A stretch of DNA of 64,000 nucleotides. Origin: Patellaria atrata CBS 101060. Taxonomy: Eukaryota. Where the stretch lies: assembly GCA_010093705.1 (NCBI GenBank), contig MU006090.1:895817-959816 (forward strand). The letters are read 5' to 3'. Under the pieces are notes generated by a model. That model made no database searches. It was not told the DNA's origin and saw nothing but the letters and a program-made list of their open reading frames with translations. Positions within the stretch are counted from its first letter, which is position 1. Each line of letters begins with the position of its first letter. Positions 26,229 through 38,268 of the stretch are shown in pieces. A program made the translations under genes and the position numbers.

Positions 26229-29200
26229 ATGGAGGTGGCGTCGCAGATCCCTCTTTATCGAACCTACACAGCTCCTCCTCCAAATTCTCACACCCGCCTT
26301 CATAGCTCGGGAGGCTCTTCCGCGCTCATGCAAGCCTCGAGTCACCAGAGCCTTCAGAGCCACCAGAGCTCTAGCCATTCCGTCTACTCTCCTAGAACCT
26401 CGGGCGGCAACAGCACCGGTGCTGAGAATACACCGAACACCTCATCATCTTCCTTGTTCGCTGCCTCGTCACTCAACCCGACGCCAGTCAACCCCTTGTC
26501 AATAAACGGCGGACCTCTCGAAGCTTCCAACAATGTCATCAATATCCGCGGAGACAAGAACAATTCCCTTTGGCAATACTGCGGTCACCTTCGACGACGC
26601 TTAGAGGAAGTCCCAGGTTACGATAAAATTCTAGCCCAGGAGGAAGAGGAAGCAGATGATGAGACGATCCAAACCGACCCAGTGACTCTGGTCTGGAGAA
26701 CCTTCAGGAGGGGCTATCCTCTAATGTTGATATACAACACGATAGAACCGGAAGTAGAGCTCTTTGTCAACAACGACAAGGTCGGCGAAAAAAAGCGCGC
26801 TCAAGCGGCCACGATGGCATTCCTCAAAGCATGTATCGACCATCTTAATATTCCATCCGAAGATTGTTTCATTATCGCAGACCTCTACGGTGACGATACT
26901 TCGGGCTTTGTCAAGGTTTGTTTACCCTTCACTCTTCTGTCATGTGCCTGACTGCCCGATTTCACGCCCGCTCTTCAGAGATTGTGGAAGGAGAAACAAA
27001 GTGCTTCAGTCCATTATGCTCAGCTGGAAGAGATATCACCTTTTGATCAAGTCATATTACTATGACTCTTCGCTTATTACTCACAAACCCCCCAGTCGCG
27101 CTCCCAGAGTCTGGACGGAGATACAAAGTGCTTCAGTCTATGATGCTCAGTTGTGGAGGCTCATTGCCTGTTCCCTTCTGTCAATTATCAGGGGTCTTTG
27201 CTTTGTACTCATAGTTCTATAGGTCGCCAAGGTCGTCAATCGCGTCTTAGATATCCTTGTCGAAAAGGGCAAGATCAAAGCTGTAGAGAAGAAAATTCAG
27301 GACAACACCTCCAGCATTGGGGATTCCAAGGAAGCAAAGTTTCGAAAGAATGTGATCAAAGAGCTAATCGACACCGAAGTAACCTATGTTCAGCATCTAG
27401 AGCTTCTATTTGCGTTCAAGACTGCGGTCGAAGAGAAAGGCGCGATACCCAGAGATACTATCCATCAGATCTTCTTGAACCTAAATCAACTTCTGGACTT
27501 CCAACGTCGTTTCCTCATTCGCTTGGAGCAAGTCAACGATCTACCAGACGAACAGCAAGATTGGGGACACGTATTTATGACGTATAAGGACGCTTTCATG
27601 GTTTATGAACAGTTTATCGCCAACCAAAAGAAGTGCGAAGAGGTCGCTATGCGTGAGTACGACAAATTGAAAGCAGCTATGAGTAGTTCTCCGGAGCTAC
27701 GTCAAATGGTGGAATCTACCACCACATTGACTTCATTCTTATTGAAACCATTCCAGAGACTTTCAAAATATCCACTTTTACTTAGGGTAAATTATAATAT
27801 CTCCTTTAGTAACTTCCGCTAACCAAAGCAGCAATTGCTTGAGCATGGTGGTCTCAACGAAAATCTGAAAGCCCATATCGCAAAGGGACTGGAAGCACCT
27901 GAATCCGTTCTACAGAGTACAAACGCCATGATTGACCGTGAAGAGCGGAACGAAGCCGTCATCGAGCTGAGAGAGCGTGTGGAGGATTGGAAAGGACACA
28001 AAATTGAAGGCTTTGGAGACCTACTGCTTTTTGGCACCTTCACAGTTCTTAAAGGCGAGGCTGTTACATCAAAGAACGAAGAGCGAGAGGTAAGGAGAAT
28101 TCTAGACGAAGTATGAGTTCGCCCTAGAGCAGACACTCTTCCTGGGCCGTCACACTTTATCTTCTCCCCACGCATGCGCCATGGATTTCCATTGGTGTAG
28201 GCGTTCTATTTTCGTCTGGCTAACTTGAGATTAGTACAAAATCTACCTCTTTGAGATGATCCTATTATGTTGCAAGGAGATCAACCCGAACAAGCAAAAG
28301 GCTAAGATAGTCAGAGATAAACGAGGCAAACCCAAGCTTCAATTGAAAGGCCGCATATTCATGCAGAATGTCACGGAGGCTATTCAGATATCAAAAGTTG
28401 GTAAGTAGGATTTTTCAGTCAAGTTTCTTTCAACCGGGTAGGACGGCTGTAATGACCAACTCTACAGGCTCCTACACATGTCAGATATTCTGGAAAGGCG
28501 ATCCTGGAATCGAAAATTTCATCATTCGATTCACTACAGAAGATGCTATGAGGAAGTGGGCCACCCAGATCGACACTCAGAGGAGACAGTGGAAGGACAA
28601 CTCGAGAAACAGCGCTCGCACTCAACAGTCAAGCACATCTCAGACGGAATTTACCTACATGATAAATCAAGGAGCTCTCGAAAATCCTTACAGGCAGGAT
28701 GATGAAGAAGAGGAAGAGCTCACTGGAACGACCTACGCTCCTGTGGATCTCAACATTACTAGAACTGGCTCAAGCACCAGTCTTCGCTCCCGTTCGGCTA
28801 CCGGTGATAGCGGACCTCCTATGAACTCTACAGATCCCAGAGCTGCGCCACCACGTTTCCCAATGATATCCGGCCCGCTGTCACTTCAAACTCAGCGCAT
28901 GCCTGGTGCTCCGTCCCCAGGAGAACGACCTGGCGACTCTTATTTCTCGCCTGTAGTGGAGACTCCTCTTTCGTCCAGGACTAGCTCCTCATCTACGAGC
29001 ACTTTCCCTTTTCCTCGTCAGCAGACACCAATGAACGGTTGGCATCATGAGGAACACAATCGATTCACCGCCCCAGCAATGGGCAGGACTACGTCGCGTG
29101 AGAGCTCAAGCATTCGTAATCCTCAACGTCCATCATTGCCTCCTGGCTCTTCTTATGCTACGTCTATGTCATCTCAGGCTCGACTACGATCAGCAAGCAG

Positions 29201-29894
29201 TCCCGATATTCAGAACTCCGCTGGGCAGCGTAGGCCTTCTAACGGGGCCATCCAGCCACCGGTGCCGGAGGTCCCACCAATTCCATTCCCTACGCACCAT
29301 GCTTACCATCATGGATTGGTTAATCGTAGTTTGAACAATTCGCCTAACTTCGCTCATCAACTTCCAGCGCGATCAGCTACACAATCACCTAGCGTACAGC
29401 GTGAGAGAGTGGTCCCTGCTCATAATCCATTCGAGCATGGTCCTATGCCTCCCCGCAGCACACCGTTTGCACGCACAGGGACACCTGGATCACTCATGGA
29501 CCCCCCTCGCAATCTCACTCCCGCCTCTATGGAGACAAGAACGCTGTCGCCTCCGCTTGCAGGTAGCACACTAGATAGTGAAGGCCCATCACAACTCAAG
29601 GTCAAGGTAGTTTTCAAGACTGTAGGACAATCGATGACCTTGGTGGTTCCGATGAATATTTCTTACTCGACCCTCAGGGGCAGGATCGATATGAAGGTAT
29701 CACGCGTAACTGACAATCAATGGTCTCTTCTCGACGGTACACTCAAGTTGAAATATAAGGACGACGATGGTGACCTAGTCACTATTCAATCGGACGAAGA
29801 TGTTCAAACCGCGTTCGAGAACTGGAAAGAGCAGCAGCGCGATCAAATTTCTGGGGGCTCTCTGGGTGAAATTACGCTACAGCTATCCCAGTAG
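26229..29894 (+). CDS. CDC24: Cdc42 guanine-nucleotide exchange factor Cdc24/Scd1 (CH-DH-PH-PB1)
   Basis: Introns 26916-27222, 27787-27831, 28090-28234, 28401-28468. CH-like DLYGDDTSGFVKV; DH ELIDTEVTYV..LKPFQRLSKYPLLL; PH YKIYLFE..LQLKGRIFM; PB1 LKYKDDDGDLVTIQSDEDV. Confidence 0.96.
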
Positions 29895-31177
29895 CCACCC
29901 TTCCTTCGGTCTCTCTCAAGCGCAATCGCCTTGGGTTTTTACAAAAGCTGTCTCTCTGCATTCGGCGGCGTCATACATGTTTCCACCTTCTAAGTCGTAA
30001 GGTTTGGTCTTCTCTTCTAGCAGGGTCACCCGGCGCACGAATGCTAGGTTTCAAAAATTTCGGTATATTCGGACAGAAGGCGCAATGAGGCGCCGAAGGT
30101 CCTTTTTCCAATTACTCTTCTTCACTTGGACTTATACAGCATAGGCCGGAGCAAATGTCATTGAATCTTTTCACGGCGGTTCTATAAAGGTCTATACACC
30201 TGTGCTGGTCAAGTTCTGTTTCGGGTTAGCTTTCATGGTTTGTTTACCTCATATTGTGTGAGATCGAGTCTCACCCCACCATTGTCAAAGGCTGGAGTTT
30301 ATGGAATGAATTGATGAAGGAATGATGTTCACGGCGTCGGTGCAGGACGGCTCAGGTGTTATGGCATCTATTCTGACTGTCACATATCAGATCAGGAAGC
30401 TTGGGTAGCTTTCTTATCAACCCATATAGTCTGCTTTAAGTGCTTTTATGTATGTAGTAATCACAAAATTGAATGCAGAATTTCAATGAATCGGTAAGAT
30501 AGTAAGCTTAAACTTAATAAGTTCATGTCAACCTGTGTAATCCACATCATACGCTAGTCAAATATGTGACAAGTCTGAAGAGAAAGATGCACAGTTAGGC
30601 TTAAAGCACCGTAAAGTGCTCGAAGTCGTCCATAGAGGAGCTGATGTGCAAGGGGTAACGTCAAGCCACCAAGCCAGGTACACCCAATTCAGGTGCATGG
30701 CCGCAGGAACACAAAAATTCCTTTGTTTGAATCCTGAAAGGTCCCAGGTATGGATAGCTTAGATCACCATCAACTCTTTGTTCTTCGCCATCAAAAGAAT
30801 CAAAAGCCGGTATAGAGGTAAGGCAGTCTCTAAATATACATACTATATGCTGGGGTTACGAAGATCTGGGGAAAGTCAGCGGGGTACGACTGTCTTGAAA
30901 TCTGGAGCATAGGGTTGTCGATACGTAAGTCACTATCCTGATGACGACTACTTTACGGTTAACGGGTAAGGTAAATACACAGTACAGCACTATTTTACGA
31001 AAATCGCAAATGCTTGATCATGAGCCCGACTTCTCCCGCCAGATCACCTTCCCAACAAATCTTATTCTTTCCTCCTGAAAAAGTATATAACCCCGTCGGA
31101 CCCCCCACCCTGATGTCCTAGACCTCCCTTCTCCCGCTTAACCTACACCGCCAGGAAACTTCTTCTTCACCGCCAAC

Positions 31178-33157
31178 ATGAATTGCCCTTCACGCCCAGA
31201 TGCAGATGTTCATATCGAAGGGTGGAATCAGAACCCTTCTGACCTCGCGGCCGACACTACTACGAGGAATGACTTGAACCATATCGCTAATTCCCGCCAG
31301 CAAAGAGGTCATCGTCTAGATCCTACTGACCCTTCACTCATCGATGTCGTAGCTGTACAACAGCCAGAACACACCGATTCTGAACACAAGAATCAGAAAA
31401 AGAGCTCGGGAAAAAAGGAATACAAAGCTACCGAGCAAGAGAGGGATGTGGCAGCAATGCCTACGTCCCTGTATGGTGGTTCAAGTGGAGCGGACGGTCC
31501 CTCATCTCCTGTCATGGCTTCCTTGACCAGAGCGCGCGAGATTTTGGTGAAATATTCCAAATTCGTTGGCCCAGGTTTCATGGTTGCCGTTGCGTACATA
31601 GATCCCGGTATGTTAGCTTGGAAATAATGTCCTCAGATTCCGACATCACTATCTGGGACAACACAAGAGAAAGCTGCTAACGTAAAAATTGTTGGTCAGG
31701 GAACTATGCAACCGATGTTGCCGCAGGTGCTACCTATAGATTTAAATTACTATTCATAATTCTTATGTCTAATCTTTTTGCTATTTTCTTACAAGCACTT
31801 TGCGTCAAATTGGGTACCGTGACTGGTATGAACCTAGCGGAAAATTGCAAAGCTCACCTTCCCTCATGGTTGAATTACGTGTTATACTTTTTCGCTGAAT
31901 CCGCAATCATTGCCACGGATATTGCAGAGGTTAGTAAAAAGTCTCTACGCCTTTTGCTTTGTCCATCGGTAAAATATGAATTTTCGATTTGAACTAACCG
32001 GAGCAGGTTATTGGCACTGCCATCGCCCTAAACGTCCTCATTAACGTACCGCTTGTCGCGGGTTGCGCCATCTCCATCGTGGATGTTCTCATAATTTTAT
32101 TATTTTATAGACCACAGAATGGGTCAATGAAGGCCCTCAGAGCATTTGAATTTTTCGTCATGGCACTAGTCCTTGGCGTCGTCATTTGCTTCTGCTTCCA
32201 ACTCAGTCTCATCGAAAATACCTCCGTTAAAGAGGTATTTAGGGGATATCTTCCTTCACACGCTGTTGTGGAGTCTAAAGGGCACGTATCTCCCTACTTT
32301 AGCTCATACAACCGATCAACTGACTCAATTATAGTCTCCTCCAATCATGCGGTATCCTCGGTGCGACAGTCATGCCTCACTCCCTTTACCTAGGTAGTGG
32401 CATCGTTCAACCGCGCCTTAAGGAATTCGACGTACGAGCTGGAGCCATCTCGCCCTCCCATGGCGACGAAGATGACCCAGCTCTCGAGAAATACCGCCCT
32501 TCCATCTCCGCCATCCGAGCATGCATGAAATATAGCATCATCGAATGCGCCATCTCTCTGTTCACCTTCGCCCTCTTCGTCAACAGCTCCATCCTCATCG
32601 TTGCTGGAGCTTCACTTTCAAACACTCCTGCTGCAGAGGATGCTGACCTCTTCGCCATACATGACCTCCTCGCCCGTACGCTTGCCCCTGTGGCTGGTAC
32701 CATATTTGCTCTTGCGCTACTTCTTAGTGGTACCAGTGCTGGCATTGTCTGTACTATTGCTGGTCAAATGGTTTCCGAAGGCCAACTCAATTGGACAGTC
32801 GCACCTTGGGTACGCCGGCTCATCACCCGTGCCATTTCTATTACGCCCTCGATTATCATCGCAGGCGCAGTCGGTAAGCAAGGGCTTAGCAGGGCGCTTG
32901 AGGGTAGCCAGGTCGCACTCTCTGTAATCCTGCCATTTGTCTCCGCGCCTCTGATCTATTTCACCTGCCGCAACAGCGTCATGACGGTCGCGACGGATGG
33001 CGAGGGTGAAGTTGTGGGCGAGGGCGAGGCGAGGGTTTTTGGAGGCGTGAAGATGAGGAATGGTTGGGTGACGATTGTGGTGGCAGGCGTGATCTGGGGA
33101 ATCATTGTTGTTATGAATGTTGCGCTTCTGGTATTGGTGGGACTCGGTATTGAGTAA
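31178..33157 (+). CDS. SMF1: NRAMP-family divalent metal (Mn/Fe) transporter, Smf1/Smf2-like
   Basis: Introns 31608-31699, 31930-32006, 32282-32334 (GC-AG). Signature motifs AYIDPGNY and GATVMPHSLYL; AGQMVSEG. Confidence 0.93.
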
Positions 33158-34467
33158 GGGGATAGCGGTATCTGAGATATGTTACCGCGGTCCGGGAAAC
33201 TAGACAGAATGGTTTCTGTCGATCAATGAGAGACCATCAAGGCAGAGCTCTGAAAATGGATTGAACCACTGGGTAAGACTAATGGTTATGAATGATTATG
33301 GAATGATATGATCGGTGAAGGAATTGATATTTCGAAAAGGGGAAGCATAAATGGTAGTGCTTAGGACCTGATTTGTGATAGATAAGCACGCCCGTACGTA
33401 AGACAGAATGGACATCAACTCGTAAAATGCTCAATCATACCACACATCTTCGTATTATGCTGGGATGATTAAGTTCACTTCAAGTAATGACGGATTGATC
33501 GGAAGTCTACCAGTTCCCTATTATGACATTTATCACCTATCGTATAGTTGATTTAGGATCCTCTTACCCCTTTGGTTTACAGGAAATTGAACAAGTACTG
33601 CGGCCTTGTAACTGTAGCTATCGTGAAACCATACGGATACACCGACTGAATGCCTTCTCCCGGCGCTTTCTCCGTCGCTACTTTATAGGAAATACCGGAG
33701 GGTACCGGGAGTCCCAACCGTAAATGATTGGACTATAAGAGAATACTTCAAGCTCTCAACGGCACTGCAGTGAGAAAAAATTGAGACCACACCGGAAGGT
33801 GCCCAGTCGTATGGATTGCTTATCCGTGACGGTCTACCTGTTGTACCATAGCTCTCCAGATCGTCCCCGGCTCCAGTTACAGGAAGTACCGGAATGTACT
33901 GAAGCCTTTGCGGCCGTCCATATGGCCGAATTGTACGGATGCCACTACCGACTTATTTTTTTTGGAATTCACTCCGACTATCACGTATAGGGAAGACCCG
34001 AGCATAAATGGATCCTCAACCGTAAAAATAACTTATAATTAACCAGGGAAACCGTCCGTTGTAAGTTTTACTTAACCATTTAGATCCCCTTTTCAAAGTG
34101 TATGGGCAGTTCAGCGCTCCTTTCTTTGGATGAAGACAGTGTACTGCGTACTTCTGATGAATTAGTAATAGCCCCCATTCTTAAATGTTACTAACCCCGT
34201 CGATCTTTCCTAAAGTGAGTGTGAGGTGGAAAGAAGAGTGGTGCAAAAGGTGCAAACAAATGGACAACCAAATAGTTCTACCTTCCTAGCTCGTTATCCC
34301 TGGAGACCAAGCTAAACTTGAAAAATGGAAGCTGCTTGAGATGGATGAAGTTATTGGAGCAGCGGCAGAGCTACCTCAGCTGTGCCTAACCTAAGGTAAA
34401 GGTACTGTCATCGGTAGTCATCTCCGCGCATATACCTTACGATAACCTAATGTGAATGTTCCCCTCT

Positions 34468-34475
34468 CACGTGGG
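34468..34475 (+). promoter_or_regulatory. CACGTGGG E-box (Pho4/NUC-1/PalcA-type site)
   Basis: About 130 bp upstream of the acid phosphatase ATG. Confidence 0.45.
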
Positions 34476-34602
34476 GAACGGGTGGAACTTTCTTATCTAT
34501 GAAATGGAAAGAACGTAGAACGAACGAGTTCTATTTATTTTCCTTCCCCTCCATTCTCGTCCATTCGTCTCAATTGATCCTGAACCATCGGTTCCGCTAT
34601 CT

Positions 34603-36105
34603 ATGATGTCTCCAAAGATCTCAATTGCTTTCTGGAGTAATCTCTTAACATGTGCTCTGGGTGAAACTATCCTGGGGGTAACTGTCTATAGCCGCCATGG
34701 TGACCGTAAGTTATAGAAACCCCTTCACACCATTGTGAAACTACCGTGTGAACCAATTCTGACAAGTGCAGGTTCATCGAAGCATTACAAAGGTTACAGC
34801 TTGACCAACCTTGGACTGAACCAGAACTTCCAAACTGGGTCTTTCTATAGAGAGCAGTACATTGATGTCGCTTCCCAAAAACAAATCCTAGGAATATCGG
34901 AGGACCTGTACAAGCCTTCTGAGATATGGGCCTCTGCTCCCGATCAATTGGTCTTATCTAACACCGCAACTGCTTTCCTCCAAGGCCTTTACCCTCCAGT
35001 TGACGGAGCTGATCACTCTCTTGCTGTTCAAACCCTCACCAACGGTTCTAGTTACACCAACCCTCTAAATGGATACCAGTACGTGCTTTTAAACGCCAAG
35101 GATAGTGATTCACCGGATACCATCTGGATCAAGGGAGACGATAGTTGCCCAGCTTATCAAGACGCTGCCGATACCTTCCACACCAGTGACCTTTTCCAGG
35201 AGAAGGTAGAAGCAACCAAAAGCTTTTATTCGAAATTCTGGGATATTCTAGATGATGTTTACGATTACGAAGCGGAAAACATGACATATGCAAATGCTTA
35301 CGACATCTACGATCTCATTAACGTTGCCCGCATACACAATGAATCCTCCCCAGCGGTCAATGTCAGTTCCGCAGACATGTTTCAGCTCCGTACTCTCGCC
35401 GATAGTGCTGAGTGGGCTTCTATATACAACGAGTCTCAGCCAGCCAGGTCCATCGGTGGTCAAAGTTTAATGGGAGGTATTCTTCATCAACTGAATCAGA
35501 CAGTTATTGGCAAGGGCAAACTCAAGTTTTCGCTTCTAGCGGGCTCTTATGACAACTTCATGGCTTTCTTCGGTCTTGCAAATCTAACATCCGCCTCAAC
35601 TAACTTCTACGGCCTTCCAGGATATGCATCCACCATGGCCTTTGAGATACTGACCGAAAATGACGTTCAGGCATTCCCCTCCAGCACATCTGAGCTGAAG
35701 GTCCGGTTCCTCTTCCGTAACGGCTCGGATAGCGAACTAACTGCTTACCCTCTTTTTGGTCAATCCGAAATAGTCCTTCCTTGGGACCAATTTGTTTCTG
35801 AAGCGGAAAGCCGCGGAATACTGGATCTCAGCTTATGGTGCAGTATGTGCCAAAGCACGCAAGAATTTTGCACTCCTTATCCTAATAATCCTGCATATGC
35901 TGCTGCCCATGAGTCAACTTCAACTAGCGGGAAAAGCAATATGTCGAATGCTGTAGCCGGTGTTATTGGCGCAATGGTTACTCTTGGAGTCATTGCAACT
36001 TGTGGACTTGTCACCTATCTTGTGCTTCGTCGTCGGAAGGCGCCGGTACACGACGTCTATCTCTCGGAAAAGGGTAGTAGCAGCAGTATTAGCAAGGGTG
36101 ACTAA
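34603..36105 (+). CDS. Histidine acid phosphatase family protein, signal peptide plus C-terminal transmembrane helix
   Basis: Exon 34603-34705 and intron 34706-34771 rebuild RHGDR. TM segment AVAGVIGAMVTLGVIATCGLVTYLVL followed by RRRK. Confidence 0.9.
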
Positions 36106-36701
36106 TCGCACGTGAACATCTTGGTGATTGAAAGACGGTTTGATGAATGACCATCGAGGAAAAGCAATAACAGAGGCAAGGTGACTATGGGAAATATCTG
36201 CATAGTAAAGCATGTGGTGCACTATCCAGAAACTTATCATCTCGAGTATAGAAATCTCTTTAGCCCATAATCTTAATGTAGTACTCGTGTTTGTATACAA
36301 ACAATTATGGAATTTCGTATGATGGTTCCCTCCGGCCACATTCTCATCCTGACTTTGATATTGGGGGGTGGATGTGGTCAATGGATAGAGCATATAAATT
36401 TGGGTTTGCTTAATACATTCCAGACGTCTCAATCTTATCCAATCGTAGTACTTAGTAGAATGGAAATATTTGAACTTCCAGGTCATATTGAAAGACTGTA
36501 GGGGGATTTTGAAACCAAAAAGGTCTTGTTGTGCCCTGTTCATATTGTAGTTCTATACGGATGATGTCAGTGCTCTCACCAATTGCGACGCGAGGTATGG
36601 CCGTCCTTCTATCTCACAATCACCAATCCATAATTTCAGATCATTCTTGAGCTTTGAGCCTCTTCTTGAATTATACGACCATATTCCAACTGTTCGCTGA
36701 G

Positions 36702-37514
36702 ATGATATCTATACGTATCTACCGCTCAATTGGACCCATCTCCAAGTTGGGTCGTAGATGCGTCTCGACCCTACCAAATAGTCCACACATAGTACGCGAT
36801 TAACCCCTCATTGATAACTTTAGATAGTATAAACCTAATGTATCATAACATTAGTATCATTTCCCCCATCCGAACCCGGCCTATGGTCATATCCTAACCC
36901 TTCTTCCGACATCTCCACCGACACAGTCCCTCGCAATTGCCACCTCAACCTCAATCCCACCAACTCCCCAATCTACGACCGAAAATCCCAAGTTTCTCTC
37001 AATTCTTAATGCCATTCTACGCGATAATGTAGTACACGATCCTGTTGTCCAGGCCTCTGCGAATGCCTTTGCTTCATCGGCTGGCTCTTCCTACCCAGCC
37101 ACGCTTTCACAACCCGCGCAGCAACGGAAGCGGAGAGGTGAGGGGGCCGGTGGAGCGAGCGCGCAGGGTGGTATGGGAGGAGCAGGGAGAGGTGGCTGGG
37201 TACATGTTAGCGATTTAAGGAACCCTCCTGACTATGGACGGATAGCAAATCCGGAGGATATCTTTGGCAGCGTGGAGGTGGATGGACGGGGACAGTTCGT
37301 TGAAGAAGGGGGAAATTTTCAGGAGAGTGGGACATATCGAATCGTGACGAGGGAGGGCATGTGAGTGTTCAACACAAATCATCTACAGTCGGGAAAACAC
37401 TGGACTAAGATCAATGCTAACATACAATACAGATTGGGACTTAGCCCATATATGAGAGAGACGCTCATACAGCGCCTTAAAGAACTCGAATCAAGGGAGA
37501 AGAAGACTTCTTGA
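36702..37514 (+). CDS. Conserved fungal hypothetical protein, possible mitochondrial presequence
   Basis: Introns 36792-36854 and 37361-37432 keep frame. Arg-rich, acid-free N-terminus. Core GGWVHVSDLRNPPDYGRIANPEDIFGSVEVDG..SGTYRIVTREGILGLS. Confidence 0.85.
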
Positions 37515-38268
37515 TCATGACGGATCCATGTCCATACAGTCGGTATCCTCTATCATATTCCGTCTATAATATATTCCCTTCCGTCTCCTAATATTTGAAC
37601 ATATTCGGTACACAATACAAGTTCCTTTCATGTACAACAAGCATCATCTAACTCTTACAGCTCTTCTTTCCATCACATTATCTAGCCAGGTAATGAAGCT
37701 AAACACTCCTTGGATAATATACCGAGCACTGTAGTAGTAAAGATGCGGCGTGAAGTACCGTCCGTTAGGAAAAGGAGGAACCAAGCGGGACTCCTTGGGG
37801 TGACGTGGAGAATGGTTGCATTTGTGATATACACCAGCGAGCAAAGCCAACAAAGAACATAATGGCCAGCTCGATGTTCCCATTACCTTTGCATTGTTCC
37901 AATCCTGAAATGGAATGGCACAAAGGGTATTGCTATCGTCGAATATAGGAACAAAGCATGATTGTTCTAAACAAAGTTCGGCTCTAAATTAAAGGATCCT
38001 TGTTTTTTTTCGAACCGTCGTTGGAAACAATGCACTCATTGCTCGAAATATATCAATGGTGTTCGTCCCTGACCGCCAGCCTTTTACGAGGTCGTTCACA
38101 AAATCAGACTTAGACTTTATTTCCCAAACATACAACAGCTTTGGATCAATCTGCAGGCGGATCGTAATCTCTTAGCTCCCAATCTATATTTCAATAGGAC
38201 ACCGGTAAGGTATACTCTTTCATACTTATAGAACTTACTTGTTACTCAACCTAGGCATCGAGGTCAAT

